NCBI RefSeq assembly: GCF_000743755.1 | Contig: NW_014569524.1 | Coordinates: 45,256-65,255, forward strand | Length of the DNA stretch: 20,000 bases | DNA from: Blastocystis sp. subtype 4 | Taxonomy: Eukaryota | Direction: 5' to 3' | Shown: piece after piece, positions 12,201 to 20,000 of the stretch | Numbering within the stretch: position 1 is the first letter of the stretch | How the letters are laid out: the number at the start of each line of letters is the position of its first letter | Notes under the pieces: generated by a model | The model's input: the letters and a program-made list of their open reading frames with translations, nothing else | What the model was told of the DNA's origin: nothing | The model's database searches: none | Program-made: the position numbers and the translations under genes

Positions 12201-14338
12201 CATTCATTTGTTCATTCAATATACCAGGATGGTGTAAGGAGTATTCACAGTAATAATTCAATACTAACTGTTTCTGTTCCATTGATACATCTTTCTCTTC
12301 TTTCTTTTCTTCTATTTGCTGTTGCATACTACATGCAGGACATAACCAGGCCTTTAGGTCTGTAGGACGTTGCAACAGACCAATACAGCTTCCATGGTAC
12401 CATTTATTACACAAATCACAACATATAAAAAAGGCTAGATCTAAGGCATTCCAATACTTATCACTATTTGGAAGAGGATGACCATTTCTACACATACAAC
12501 CACAGATTTCCTTTTCCATTCCTGGAATCATCAAATGCACAGGTTGTTCTTCCTCTTTAGATTCATCAAATCGACTCTGTTGTACACTCTTTCAGTAAAA
12601 TTATTCTCCATATCTACCTGAGCCAACTGTACATAGCAAGCAGTGATTTCAGTCAGTGTTTTCACCAAACGACTCTTCCCCTTTGTCATATCACTTGGCT
12701 TCATATGTGGAATCTCTCGTAATTGACTTGCAATCATCTGATTCATGATAAACAAGAGTAATAATGCTCCTGGCCATCGAGGATCTCTGAGAATGAAACA
12801 AGTGAGATAACCTTACAAAGCACTTATCAGAAGATCTGTGTACAGTTCCTCAAGCACTGACTGATGATCTTGTGACTAGATATTATACAGTTTCCTTGCC
12901 TATACTGTCTCCAGATCAGCTGAAATACATCGTGAAAATAGATATTCCAAAAATACGCTAAATTCTTGGAATAACGAAAGAAGAGGAGAAGTTGTTGAAT
13001 TCGTATCCTTCAATAATTCCTTCTACAAATGAATAACGTTCTGATCTCCCACAGCTATTTGAACATCAATATGAACACTTAACTGTGTCCATTGGAGAAG
13101 GAGATGAGTTATCAGATGAAGTTCAAATGATCCTGTACTGACTAATCGCTGAACCTCTTCAAGAGAACGAGGGATCGAAGATGCATGCGAAGTGGTAAGT
13201 TTCATTGAATCCACAATCTCATCAAACAAGGAGAGAAGTATGGTTTTATGTAGTTCTGGTGACACCAAATACAGTCCCTACGAAACAACAAATACTCATT
13301 CCCTACAACACGATAATCAAATAATTCTTTGTATAGAAAGGATGATGAAGGAGGAAGATGCCGAAGTGTCTCCCAGATCCCATCATCAATACAAATCAAC
13401 ATACTCTGAGGAAGAGGAAATGAATGAAGGAGAGTATTAAGTTGGGAGAGAACTGCTGTTAGTCGGGAGGGATATGGCTTCTCAGATTGAAGCTGATGGT
13501 GAAGAAGAGAACGGAGAAACACTGCTATTGATTGATAGACTTCCTCCTGTTGAAGACTACTTGTCATCTCTCAATCCAATGCATACATCTTATGAGTTGG
13601 ATTTGCAGCAAGAACAGCGAAATGGAGCTGAACACCGGTTAATTGTACATCTTCAAGTGAATAATCTGATTGGTATTGATAGTGGAGAAGACGATCGAGC
13701 GATGGCAAGAAATGAACATACGAATCGATCGATGATAACTATGATCAATCAACAAATAGAATAAATGTACCACAAAGGAGCACTCTTGAAGCAACTGAAA
13801 AAGATGTAACAGTGGACCCTGGATCTCTTTCAGAGGTTCTCCTCCTTCTTCAGATAGTGACGATGTCACAGTTTCAGACACCAGTTTCAACGCTTTATCA
13901 ATTCTTTCACTTTCAGTTTCATTCAAATGCTCCAAAGACTCCACTATAGATGTTTCACCTGTCAAGTCGGAGATCTGATTCGGAGGTGTTTTTGCTACTG
14001 GTTGGTTGGTTCGTATCGATAGCAGAGGATCCATTCGTAATTCTTTCATAGGGCTTTCTGATACTCCTACATATATGGGAACTCCACGTTTTACTGCTAT
14101 TATTTCATCACTCATCTCAATATTAATACGAGAATCTGTACTCATTCGACTAATTGGACTCATTGGAAAGGATCCATCTAGGAATCATCACAAAATCAAA
14201 AACAAAGAACATGACTTCTTTCGACGCATTGTTGGTGTTGAAGTAAGGGATTTACTTTCACAAAAATCATTCTCAAGTACAGATCTACACAGAACATACC
14301 AATTTCATTCACTACGTTTCATTCAAACAACTGCTCAT
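9213..14338 (-). CDS. SCC2: Cohesin loader subunit SCC2/Nipped-B-like (HEAT repeats) with an internal PHD finger; many short introns
   Basis: NIPBL-like motifs: DPRWPGALLLL (cf. PEWPAAELLL), SSSYISVREKNLKLL and CSDRGISVRK (Cohesin_HEAT, cf. SVREAA...D.G.SVRKR), VKQGLEYPLECIPKVVALLTDP (cf. QGL.HP..C.P.LIAL.TDP), FLSVCPYSSLEEVINVI (Nipped-B_C). Probable ATG at 14338 followed by 31- and 33-nt introns. Internal exon boundaries not all resolved. An alternative 3' end at 9125 via a 37-nt intron (9180-9216) is possible. Confidence 0.85.
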
Positions 14339-14408
14339 CTCTCGAAAAATCGAGACTGGTTTTTGAATCCAATATAGATCCTGATACCTAATCCCGCCCT
14401 TTCTTCGT

Positions 14409-14416
14409 AACAAACA
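14409..14416 (-). promoter_or_regulatory. TGTTTGTT polyadenylation-directing element 3' of the TUL1-like gene
   Basis: Exact motif 18 nt after the TAG at 14435-14437. Confidence 0.75.
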
Positions 14417-14434
14417 AAAGTCCAAATAGTACAG

Positions 14435-16316
14435 CTAAAGATACCGAACATCAGGCAGCATCGTCCTACAAGTGGGACACTCGAGCTTGACATCCATCCA
14501 CTTATGAAGACACTCAGTATGAAAAGCATGATTGCATGGTGTAACCATAAAGGATCCCTCATCGTCAAAATCAATACTACTCATGCAAATAGCACAATCT
14601 GGATCAAGTTGAGAATCCTACAAATCACTTTCTCATTCCAATCAAACCGTTGTCGGCAATACATGATAATCATACTTCTTGGGTCGAAGGAACGAAGGAA
14701 GAATCAAATATGGATTGAGCCTCTGCTGTACCAAGACGAGTCCCGTCTATATAATCAGTATTACCAAATACCCACCTGAATTACAACCCAAAGGATTAAA
14801 AACCATCCGAACTTCACTGGGACCTCGATGTCAGTAAAGAGACGAATGAGATTGTAGGGACATGCGACATAGTAAAGAGGAAGGAAGAGCTTGAAGACAG
14901 AAGTTAGAATAATGTGTTTGGTACTGAAAGGAGGACGCTGTCCTAATTGAAGAGATCGAATGATCTAAATAACGAATTGAAGAATAAGCTTACTTGAGGT
15001 ACCCAAAATGAATAGAGAACAAGTATCAGAATATAACCAAGAATCGTACGAGTATAAACAGAAACCAATGTAACAATGATCAACAAATACAGACCAAAGA
15101 ACACTGCAGACAACTTTCGTTGATATAACATATAATTATCTGCATTGATATCAGGGTAACGCGATCTCCAAATGACAAATATCAGACGCATTTCAATCAT
15201 CGAAAACACGAACAATTTGTTAAATGAAATCAAATAGAATTCTGAAAAGAGTCCTAAGAAAAACACACTCGCCATACTATGTAACATGGCCACTAGCAGA
15301 TCGATCGCGGAGATGAAAATAAAAAGGATCAAAGAAGCAGCTGAAGCCGAAGCAATCAATAAGTGTCGCATCTGCTGCACATAAAGAAAACTCTCTCCAA
15401 GAGTGACGAGAATCAATATACTTGTATAGATACGACTCTTCTTGGTAATATGGTTTGTATCCATATTAAATCCACTGAAAGATAGAGATACATCAATATT
15501 GCAGTTTGTAGATTCTAATACTCCAGTGGCATTGAGCAACATACGATTGTGCTTGTTGTGAGAGATCTCGGGATCCAGTCCATTCTCCAAATGCAACAAA
15601 TTCATATCCATTCGATACAAACAACGATTTGATTTCTCAGGTAGTAAAGAAGGAGGAGTTAGATAGTAACAGCTCATGCCATTTGAAGTATAACCAATCT
15701 TCTCAGGAAATTGATTCGTTATATTGAACATATTCTGGGTATCAGTTGTCTCCCAAATCAACGCAAAACGACCACCACGAGAATTTGCATAAAGGCTTAA
15801 CTGGCCTGTATATATGAAATAAACCCCTAAGAGAGATAATGACAAAGCATCATCCTTCGAATCTTGATCCCCTTCAATCATCGTCATAACTCCTGAAATC
15901 TGATGAATACCATATTGTAAGTATCCTCGGTCATATAACTGAATTGACAATGATCCTTCTTCACCTTGTAGAGTCGAATTATTAGGATCTCTGGTTTGTT
16001 GCTCAATTAGCCCTAACAGCATTTTCTTTGGCTTCCAGGGGTTCTCATTCTTCCGACGATTCCACTTGCCCAAATAGATACCCGATATATTGTAAGGAAA
16101 ATGTTCAGAAGAGTTCTGCATAGCACGGATATCCATTTCAAGCTGACTCTCAAGTGCCTTTCGTTCCTTTCGTTGTTTTTGTATCGTGTCTTCATCTCGT
16201 AAGTTGGAGGATTTACCACTATTCTGATCAGGACTGAGAAGGAGAATCATCAACACTACCAATAATATCACACGGCAAGGGTCCAGGGGACTCCGTGCTC
16301 CTTCTTCCTCAATCAT
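14435..16316 (-). CDS. TUL1: Transmembrane E3 ubiquitin ligase, TUL1/Dsc1/FLY1 family (lumenal domain, multiple TM helices, C-terminal RING-H2)
   Basis: N-terminal hydrophobic segment, then NISGIYLGKW, LESTNC, a multi-TM region and LYSFWVPQ|II. Later exons read LPLYYVACPYN and PKKYDYH. RING-H2: CAICM...MVTPCNHAFHTECLHKWMDVKLECPTCR, stop at 14435. Three ~29-30-nt introns in the 3' part. Confidence 0.88.
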
Positions 16317-16382
16317 TGACGTAAGACAGGTGAACGATTGACGGATTCTTCAGTCAATTAGGCTGGCGTAAAAGGGGATCCC

Positions 16383-16390
16383 AACAAACA
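16383..16390 (-). promoter_or_regulatory. TGTTTGTT polyadenylation-directing element 3' of Hsp70-like gene B
   Basis: Exact motif between the Hsp70-like ORF and the TUL1 start. Confidence 0.7.
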
Positions 16391-16466
16391 TAGAACACAA
16401 ATTAACAAACTCAGATGTAACTTCTATTACTTTAGAACTGCAGCTTCGTGTTCATCCTTACAAATA

Positions 16467-17984
16467 CTACTTTGGCTTCACACTTTGAAACCACTGGGCA
16501 ATTTGGTTGTCATACTTCTCTAGATTTGCCACTGTCCATTGCTCATAGGTTGTGGCATCAACAGCAGATTTTGCCTTCTTCAGCCAATCAACACTCGATT
16601 CCACTCCTTTATATCTCTGTAAGAAGGTGAGATAACTGGAAATATGTGTCTGAAGTGTCATGAATGCCTTCTGTCGAGCATCAATCGTTACTGTGGGAAT
16701 CGGTTGTTTTTGCACACGTTGTGATGAAGAAGACAGAGTTAGTGGAGAGGACTGTGTGATAGATGGATGGGGAGCTCCACCAGTCCGGCTCCGATCTAAA
16801 ACCATAGTCGATGTCAATGAACTTAGAGAGATCTTCCGCACAGATAGTAGCTTGGGAGCTTGAGAACATGCACCAATAACGGTGACAGTATCAGCACAGT
16901 CAACTACTGGGAACAAGGAAGTTGCAAACGAAGTCTGAATGGCTTGTCGAATAGCAGGGATATGCGAGCAACCACCAACAAGTAGAATCGGAAGATGATC
17001 AGCATTCGGAAGATAGGACTTAATACAATCTTTACACATTTGAACTACTCCTGAACGAACAGCCTTTATTGCTTCTGAAAACATATCTCGTGTTATTTCA
17101 CAATCATCTTCATCAGAATCCCCAAAAACACTCAAATCAAGAGATGTCGACAGAACCTCACTCAAACTGATTTTTAGTTTTTCAATCCTATTATATAACT
17201 GACAATACTTTATTGAATCCCTGTTTACAGCTTTACTGACTTCTTCCATTTTCATCAGCATAGACCTAATACTTTCAGTTATGACAGATCCATTTGCATT
17301 CTCATTGGTTACAGTATTAACAACCGATGGAACTTCTTGAACGATATGCAACAAGGAAGAATAAAACTGGCCACCTCCGCAATTACAAACCATCATATAT
17401 TCTGGAATCACCATATCTACCTTTAGAAACCCATAGTATGTAGCAAGTGGTTCCGATATCATCTTCACTTCCTCAAAACCAGTCGCAGATGCAGCCCTCG
17501 TGAGTGCAGATCTCTGAGAATCGGAAAAATATGGAGGAACCGTTAAAAGAACACGACGGATTGTAACCCCTTTTAGAAACACATCAATTCGGTGTCTTAA
17601 TGTCGACATTAACGCTACAAGAGTCTCCTCAATCGTCACGATACGATTGCCATTCTCTGTTTTGGGATAATAAAACGGATTACCTTGTTTATCCGAATAG
17701 ATATAATAAGAATAATCCGAATACTTGAAATCCATGGATCCAGGCCTTAAAGTCGTTCCAATATAGGTTTTCACTTCATACACATTACTTAGTGGATTCT
17801 TGCATCCCTGTTGAATAGCTTGTGTCCCTGCATAATAAGAATTTGAAGAATAGGATAACAGGGAAGGAATATAAGAATGTTCCGCATCACAAGGAACAAC
17901 GGTTGGCTCTCCGTCAACAAACACAGAGACTCTGCACCTATCTGTTCCAATATCGATAGCACAATAATCCACTTCAGTATTCAT
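16467..17984 (-). CDS. Divergent Hsp70-family protein B (actin-like ATPase domain, Ser/Thr-rich linker, short helical C-terminus; no recognisable substrate-binding domain)
   Basis: AIDIGTD, YEVKTYIG, LLTVPPYFSDSQRSAL, ISEPLATYYG, VCNCGGGQFYSSLL, IEKLKISLS and LLVGGCSHIP match the Hsp70 NBD motif order. Both ends are uncertain (see findings). Confidence 0.85.
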   Translation of the reverse strand: MNTEVDYCAIDIGTDRCRVSVFVDGEPTVVPCDAEHSYIPSLLSYSSNSYYAGTQAIQQGCKNPLSNVYEVKTYIGTTLRPGSMDFKYSDYSYYIYSDKQGNPFYYPKTENGNRIVTIEETLVALMSTLRHRIDVFLKGVTIRRVLLTVPPYFSDSQRSALTRAASATGFEEVKMISEPLATYYGFLKVDMVIPEYMMVCNCGGGQFYSSLLHIVQEVPSVVNTVTNENANGSVITESIRSMLMKMEEVSKAVNRDSIKYCQLYNRIEKLKISLSEVLSTSLDLSVFGDSDEDDCEITRDMFSEAIKAVRSGVVQMCKDCIKSYLPNADHLPILLVGGCSHIPAIRQAIQTSFATSLFPVVDCADTVTVIGACSQAPKLLSVRKISLSSLTSTMVLDRSRTGGAPHPSITQSSPLTLSSSSQRVQKQPIPTVTIDARQKAFMTLQTHISSYLTFLQRYKGVESSVDWLKKAKSAVDATTYEQWTVANLEKYDNQIAQWFQSVKPK

Positions 17985-18045
17985 CCTTATAACGAAATGT
18001 ATGTGTATCCAAACAAAGCCATAATAAAAACAATAGAAGATAAAC

Positions 18046-19725
18046 TTACGAACTTCCTAAATATTGTCGTAGCTGCTCATGAAGAGAACGAATGTAATTT
18101 AGACTGTTTTCGGAAGCTCCCTGAAACAAACTATTTGATGCAATCTTCTTCAGCTTTTCCAGGTAATTCATGACAGAATCAATATCACTCGAGTATTGCT
18201 TCTCCTTCAGATTCTTCATGGTTCTCGTAACATCACATAAAAGTGGTTCAATTACCATAAACTTCTCTCTTTCAGAAGAAGGAAGTGCACAATAGTAATG
18301 ACATGTTAGCTGCCTTCCTTCGCACTCCATATGCAATTCACCACATGGATCAAACGTAACCAGTATCTCAACTGTACCTCTTGGAAGAGATTCCACATCG
18401 AGAGAAAGGAATGCCTTCAACAAATCATTCTCATTCTGCCATAGGGTAATACGTTTGGTATTACTTCCTAGATCCAAACGGACACACTTTTGTACGTCAC
18501 ATGAAGTCCCTCGCTGTAATAGTAATGTAGTTGAAGAAGAGTCGATTTGATAATAAATATCCATAAGTGAATAATTTTGAACGACAATACGTCTTGAATT
18601 GAGCCGAAACTCATTCATACCAATCTGAGCGGCTCCTTCAGCAATCACTGTATCCGCATTCTTCAATTTAATTACAGGGATATTTGTAAATCGCGTTTGA
18701 ATACGATCAGCAAAGAGAGGAATATGAGAACAACCTCCTATCAGTAATATAGCTATGCTCGGATCCTTCAGATTCCTTGTAAGCTTTTCAATGTACTGGA
18801 CAACTTCTTCCACACTTTCATTCAACAAATCAGTTAGCCACGCTCTTGTAAGAGAAGCAGAAACAGACGAATCACCATAATCACTCACATCAAATGCACT
18901 GTACTCCTCAGTACTCAATTTCTTCTTCATTTCTTCTGCTTCAATCAGTAACTTACGATATTCTGGTTTTGTTGGATTGATAAAAATGTCATTAATCCTA
19001 CAAATATTCCGAAATTCTTGGGCAATCATCTCATCAATGTCTCTACCACCAAAGGTATTTCCTCGGATAGTATTTACCACCTGAATGGAACTATTTTGAA
19101 TACTTAACAACGAAAGATTAAAAGGACCTCCACCCAAATCACAGACAAGAACTTGTCTATACATCGAAACTTGGTCCCAACAAGCATATACAGCTGCACA
19201 TGGCTCTGGAACAGTTCTTAGGACATTCAATCCAGCTAATCTTGCTGCCTCCACATACGAATGTAACTGGGAAGCACTTGAATTCACTGGAACTGCAAGG
19301 ACTACATCTGATATTTTGGAACGGCCCTGATCCAATGCCATACTAGCAACAGCATTCAAGTAACAGCTGAGAACGAAGGACGGATATCCATATCCCTTTA
19401 TTTTCCCAGTCTTACGTTGTTTGCCATATAAATAGGGATAAGGCTCACCGTTAAAGTCATACGGTAATGCTTTCTCCTCCCAACTACGAATTTCCTTCAT
19501 TGTATGTCCAATATATGGTTTAAACTCTCGAAAAGCAAGAAAGTTGTCTCGAAGAGCATCTTTCACAGAAGCCCATCCAAGATGGATATCTCTATCTGTC
19601 ATGGATATACATGACGGAATTAATGGAGAATCATCATCTGGAGACAGAAATGAATTTCCAGTCTCATTTCTCACACAAAAGCAACTGTAAGAGGTGCCGA
19701 AATCAATTCCTGTTACTGGAATCAT
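18046..19725 (-). CDS. Divergent Hsp70-family protein A (ATPase domain, degenerate beta-sandwich, short helical C-terminus)
   Basis: First ATG at 19725 (MIPVTGIDFGTSYSC). Motifs: IPSCI, FKPYIG, VVLAVP, AGLNVLRTVPEPCAA, VCDLGGGPFNLSLL, FGGRDID, AEEMKKKLS, LLIGGCSHIP, IAEGAA, VEILVTFDPCGEL. Uninterrupted ORF. Confidence 0.87.
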   Translation of the reverse strand: MIPVTGIDFGTSYSCFCVRNETGNSFLSPDDDSPLIPSCISMTDRDIHLGWASVKDALRDNFLAFREFKPYIGHTMKEIRSWEEKALPYDFNGEPYPYLYGKQRKTGKIKGYGYPSFVLSCYLNAVASMALDQGRSKISDVVLAVPVNSSASQLHSYVEAARLAGLNVLRTVPEPCAAVYACWDQVSMYRQVLVCDLGGGPFNLSLLSIQNSSIQVVNTIRGNTFGGRDIDEMIAQEFRNICRINDIFINPTKPEYRKLLIEAEEMKKKLSTEEYSAFDVSDYGDSSVSASLTRAWLTDLLNESVEEVVQYIEKLTRNLKDPSIAILLIGGCSHIPLFADRIQTRFTNIPVIKLKNADTVIAEGAAQIGMNEFRLNSRRIVVQNYSLMDIYYQIDSSSTTLLLQRGTSCDVQKCVRLDLGSNTKRITLWQNENDLLKAFLSLDVESLPRGTVEILVTFDPCGELHMECEGRQLTCHYYCALPSSEREKFMVIEPLLCDVTRTMKNLKEKQYSSDIDSVMNYLEKLKKIASNSLFQGASENSLNYIRSLHEQLRQYLGSS

Positions 19726-19817
19726 ATGCAGCGACTGGAAAAGAAACAACGAATAAACTGATGAAGACTAGTGTTACTCCAACTTATTCAATCTTTGGAT
19801 CAAAAATAACGACTGAC

Positions 19818-19825
19818 AACAAACA
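19818..19825 (-). promoter_or_regulatory. TGTTTGTT polyadenylation-directing element 3' of RPS27a
   Basis: Exact motif 30 nt after the TGA at 19856-19858. Confidence 0.75.
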
Positions 19826-19855
19826 ATACATCCAACAGAGCAATCACCCAGTGGC

Positions 19856-20000
19856 TCACTTGAAGGAGTTTCCGCAACGACCACAAGTGTTACGATCATG
19901 GTGCTTAGCCATGAAGACACCAGCTCCACAGACAGGGCACTCACGTCGCAGACGAGTCACCTTTCCACTCTCATCCACCTTGTAGTACTTCAGAATAGCA
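19856..20000 (-). CDS. RPS27A: 40S ribosomal protein S27a/eS31, C-terminal zinc ribbon (5' part, usually a ubiquitin fusion, lies outside the window)
   Basis: The minus strand reads [47 protein letters not shown]. Not in the ORF track because it is truncated by the window edge. Confidence 0.96.
   Translation of the reverse strand, partial: AILKYYKVDESGKVTRLRRECPVCGAGVFMAKHHDRNTCGRCGNSFK

Noticed and set aside
128..19985. Plus-strand ORFs and alternative-frame minus-strand ORFs in the track (e.g. 2677-3159, 4415-4801, 6494-6955, 14006-14377, 19611-19985)
   Set aside because: They overlap well-supported minus-strand genes and show no recognisable motifs, so they are treated as shadow ORFs.
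1..20000. Alternative genetic code or stop-codon readthrough as the cause of fragmented ORFs
   Set aside because: The interruptions examined are explained by ~30-nt GT-AG introns or the 29-bp duplication, and long exons translate cleanly in the standard code.

Overview
Compact, AT-rich eukaryotic nuclear DNA. All genes lie on the minus strand, most introns are 28-33 nt GT-AG, intergenic gaps are mostly 60-150 nt, and a TGTTTGTT element follows several stop codons. Together these point to Blastocystis or a close stramenopile relative (inference). In transcription order (right to left) the genes are: the 3' end of ribosomal protein eS31/RPS27a; two tandem, highly divergent Hsp70-like ORFs; a TUL1/FLY-type transmembrane RING-H2 E3 ligase; a cohesin loader SCC2/NIPBL with an internal PHD finger; a ~1645-aa type-I surface protein (He_PIG-like Ig repeats, two PA14-like domains, jelly-roll, discoidin-like, Cys-rich, TM) split by an exact 29-bp tandem duplication; and one spliced gene of >1000 aa with PH-CAMK kinase-PH-WD40 architecture running off the left edge. 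Main leads: the 29-bp frameshifting duplication, the PHD finger in a non-plant SCC2, the kinase-WD40 fusion, a possible splice fusion of the two Hsp70-like ORFs, and a candidate stop codon created by polyadenylation. Exon structures were inferred by eye and no database searches were run.
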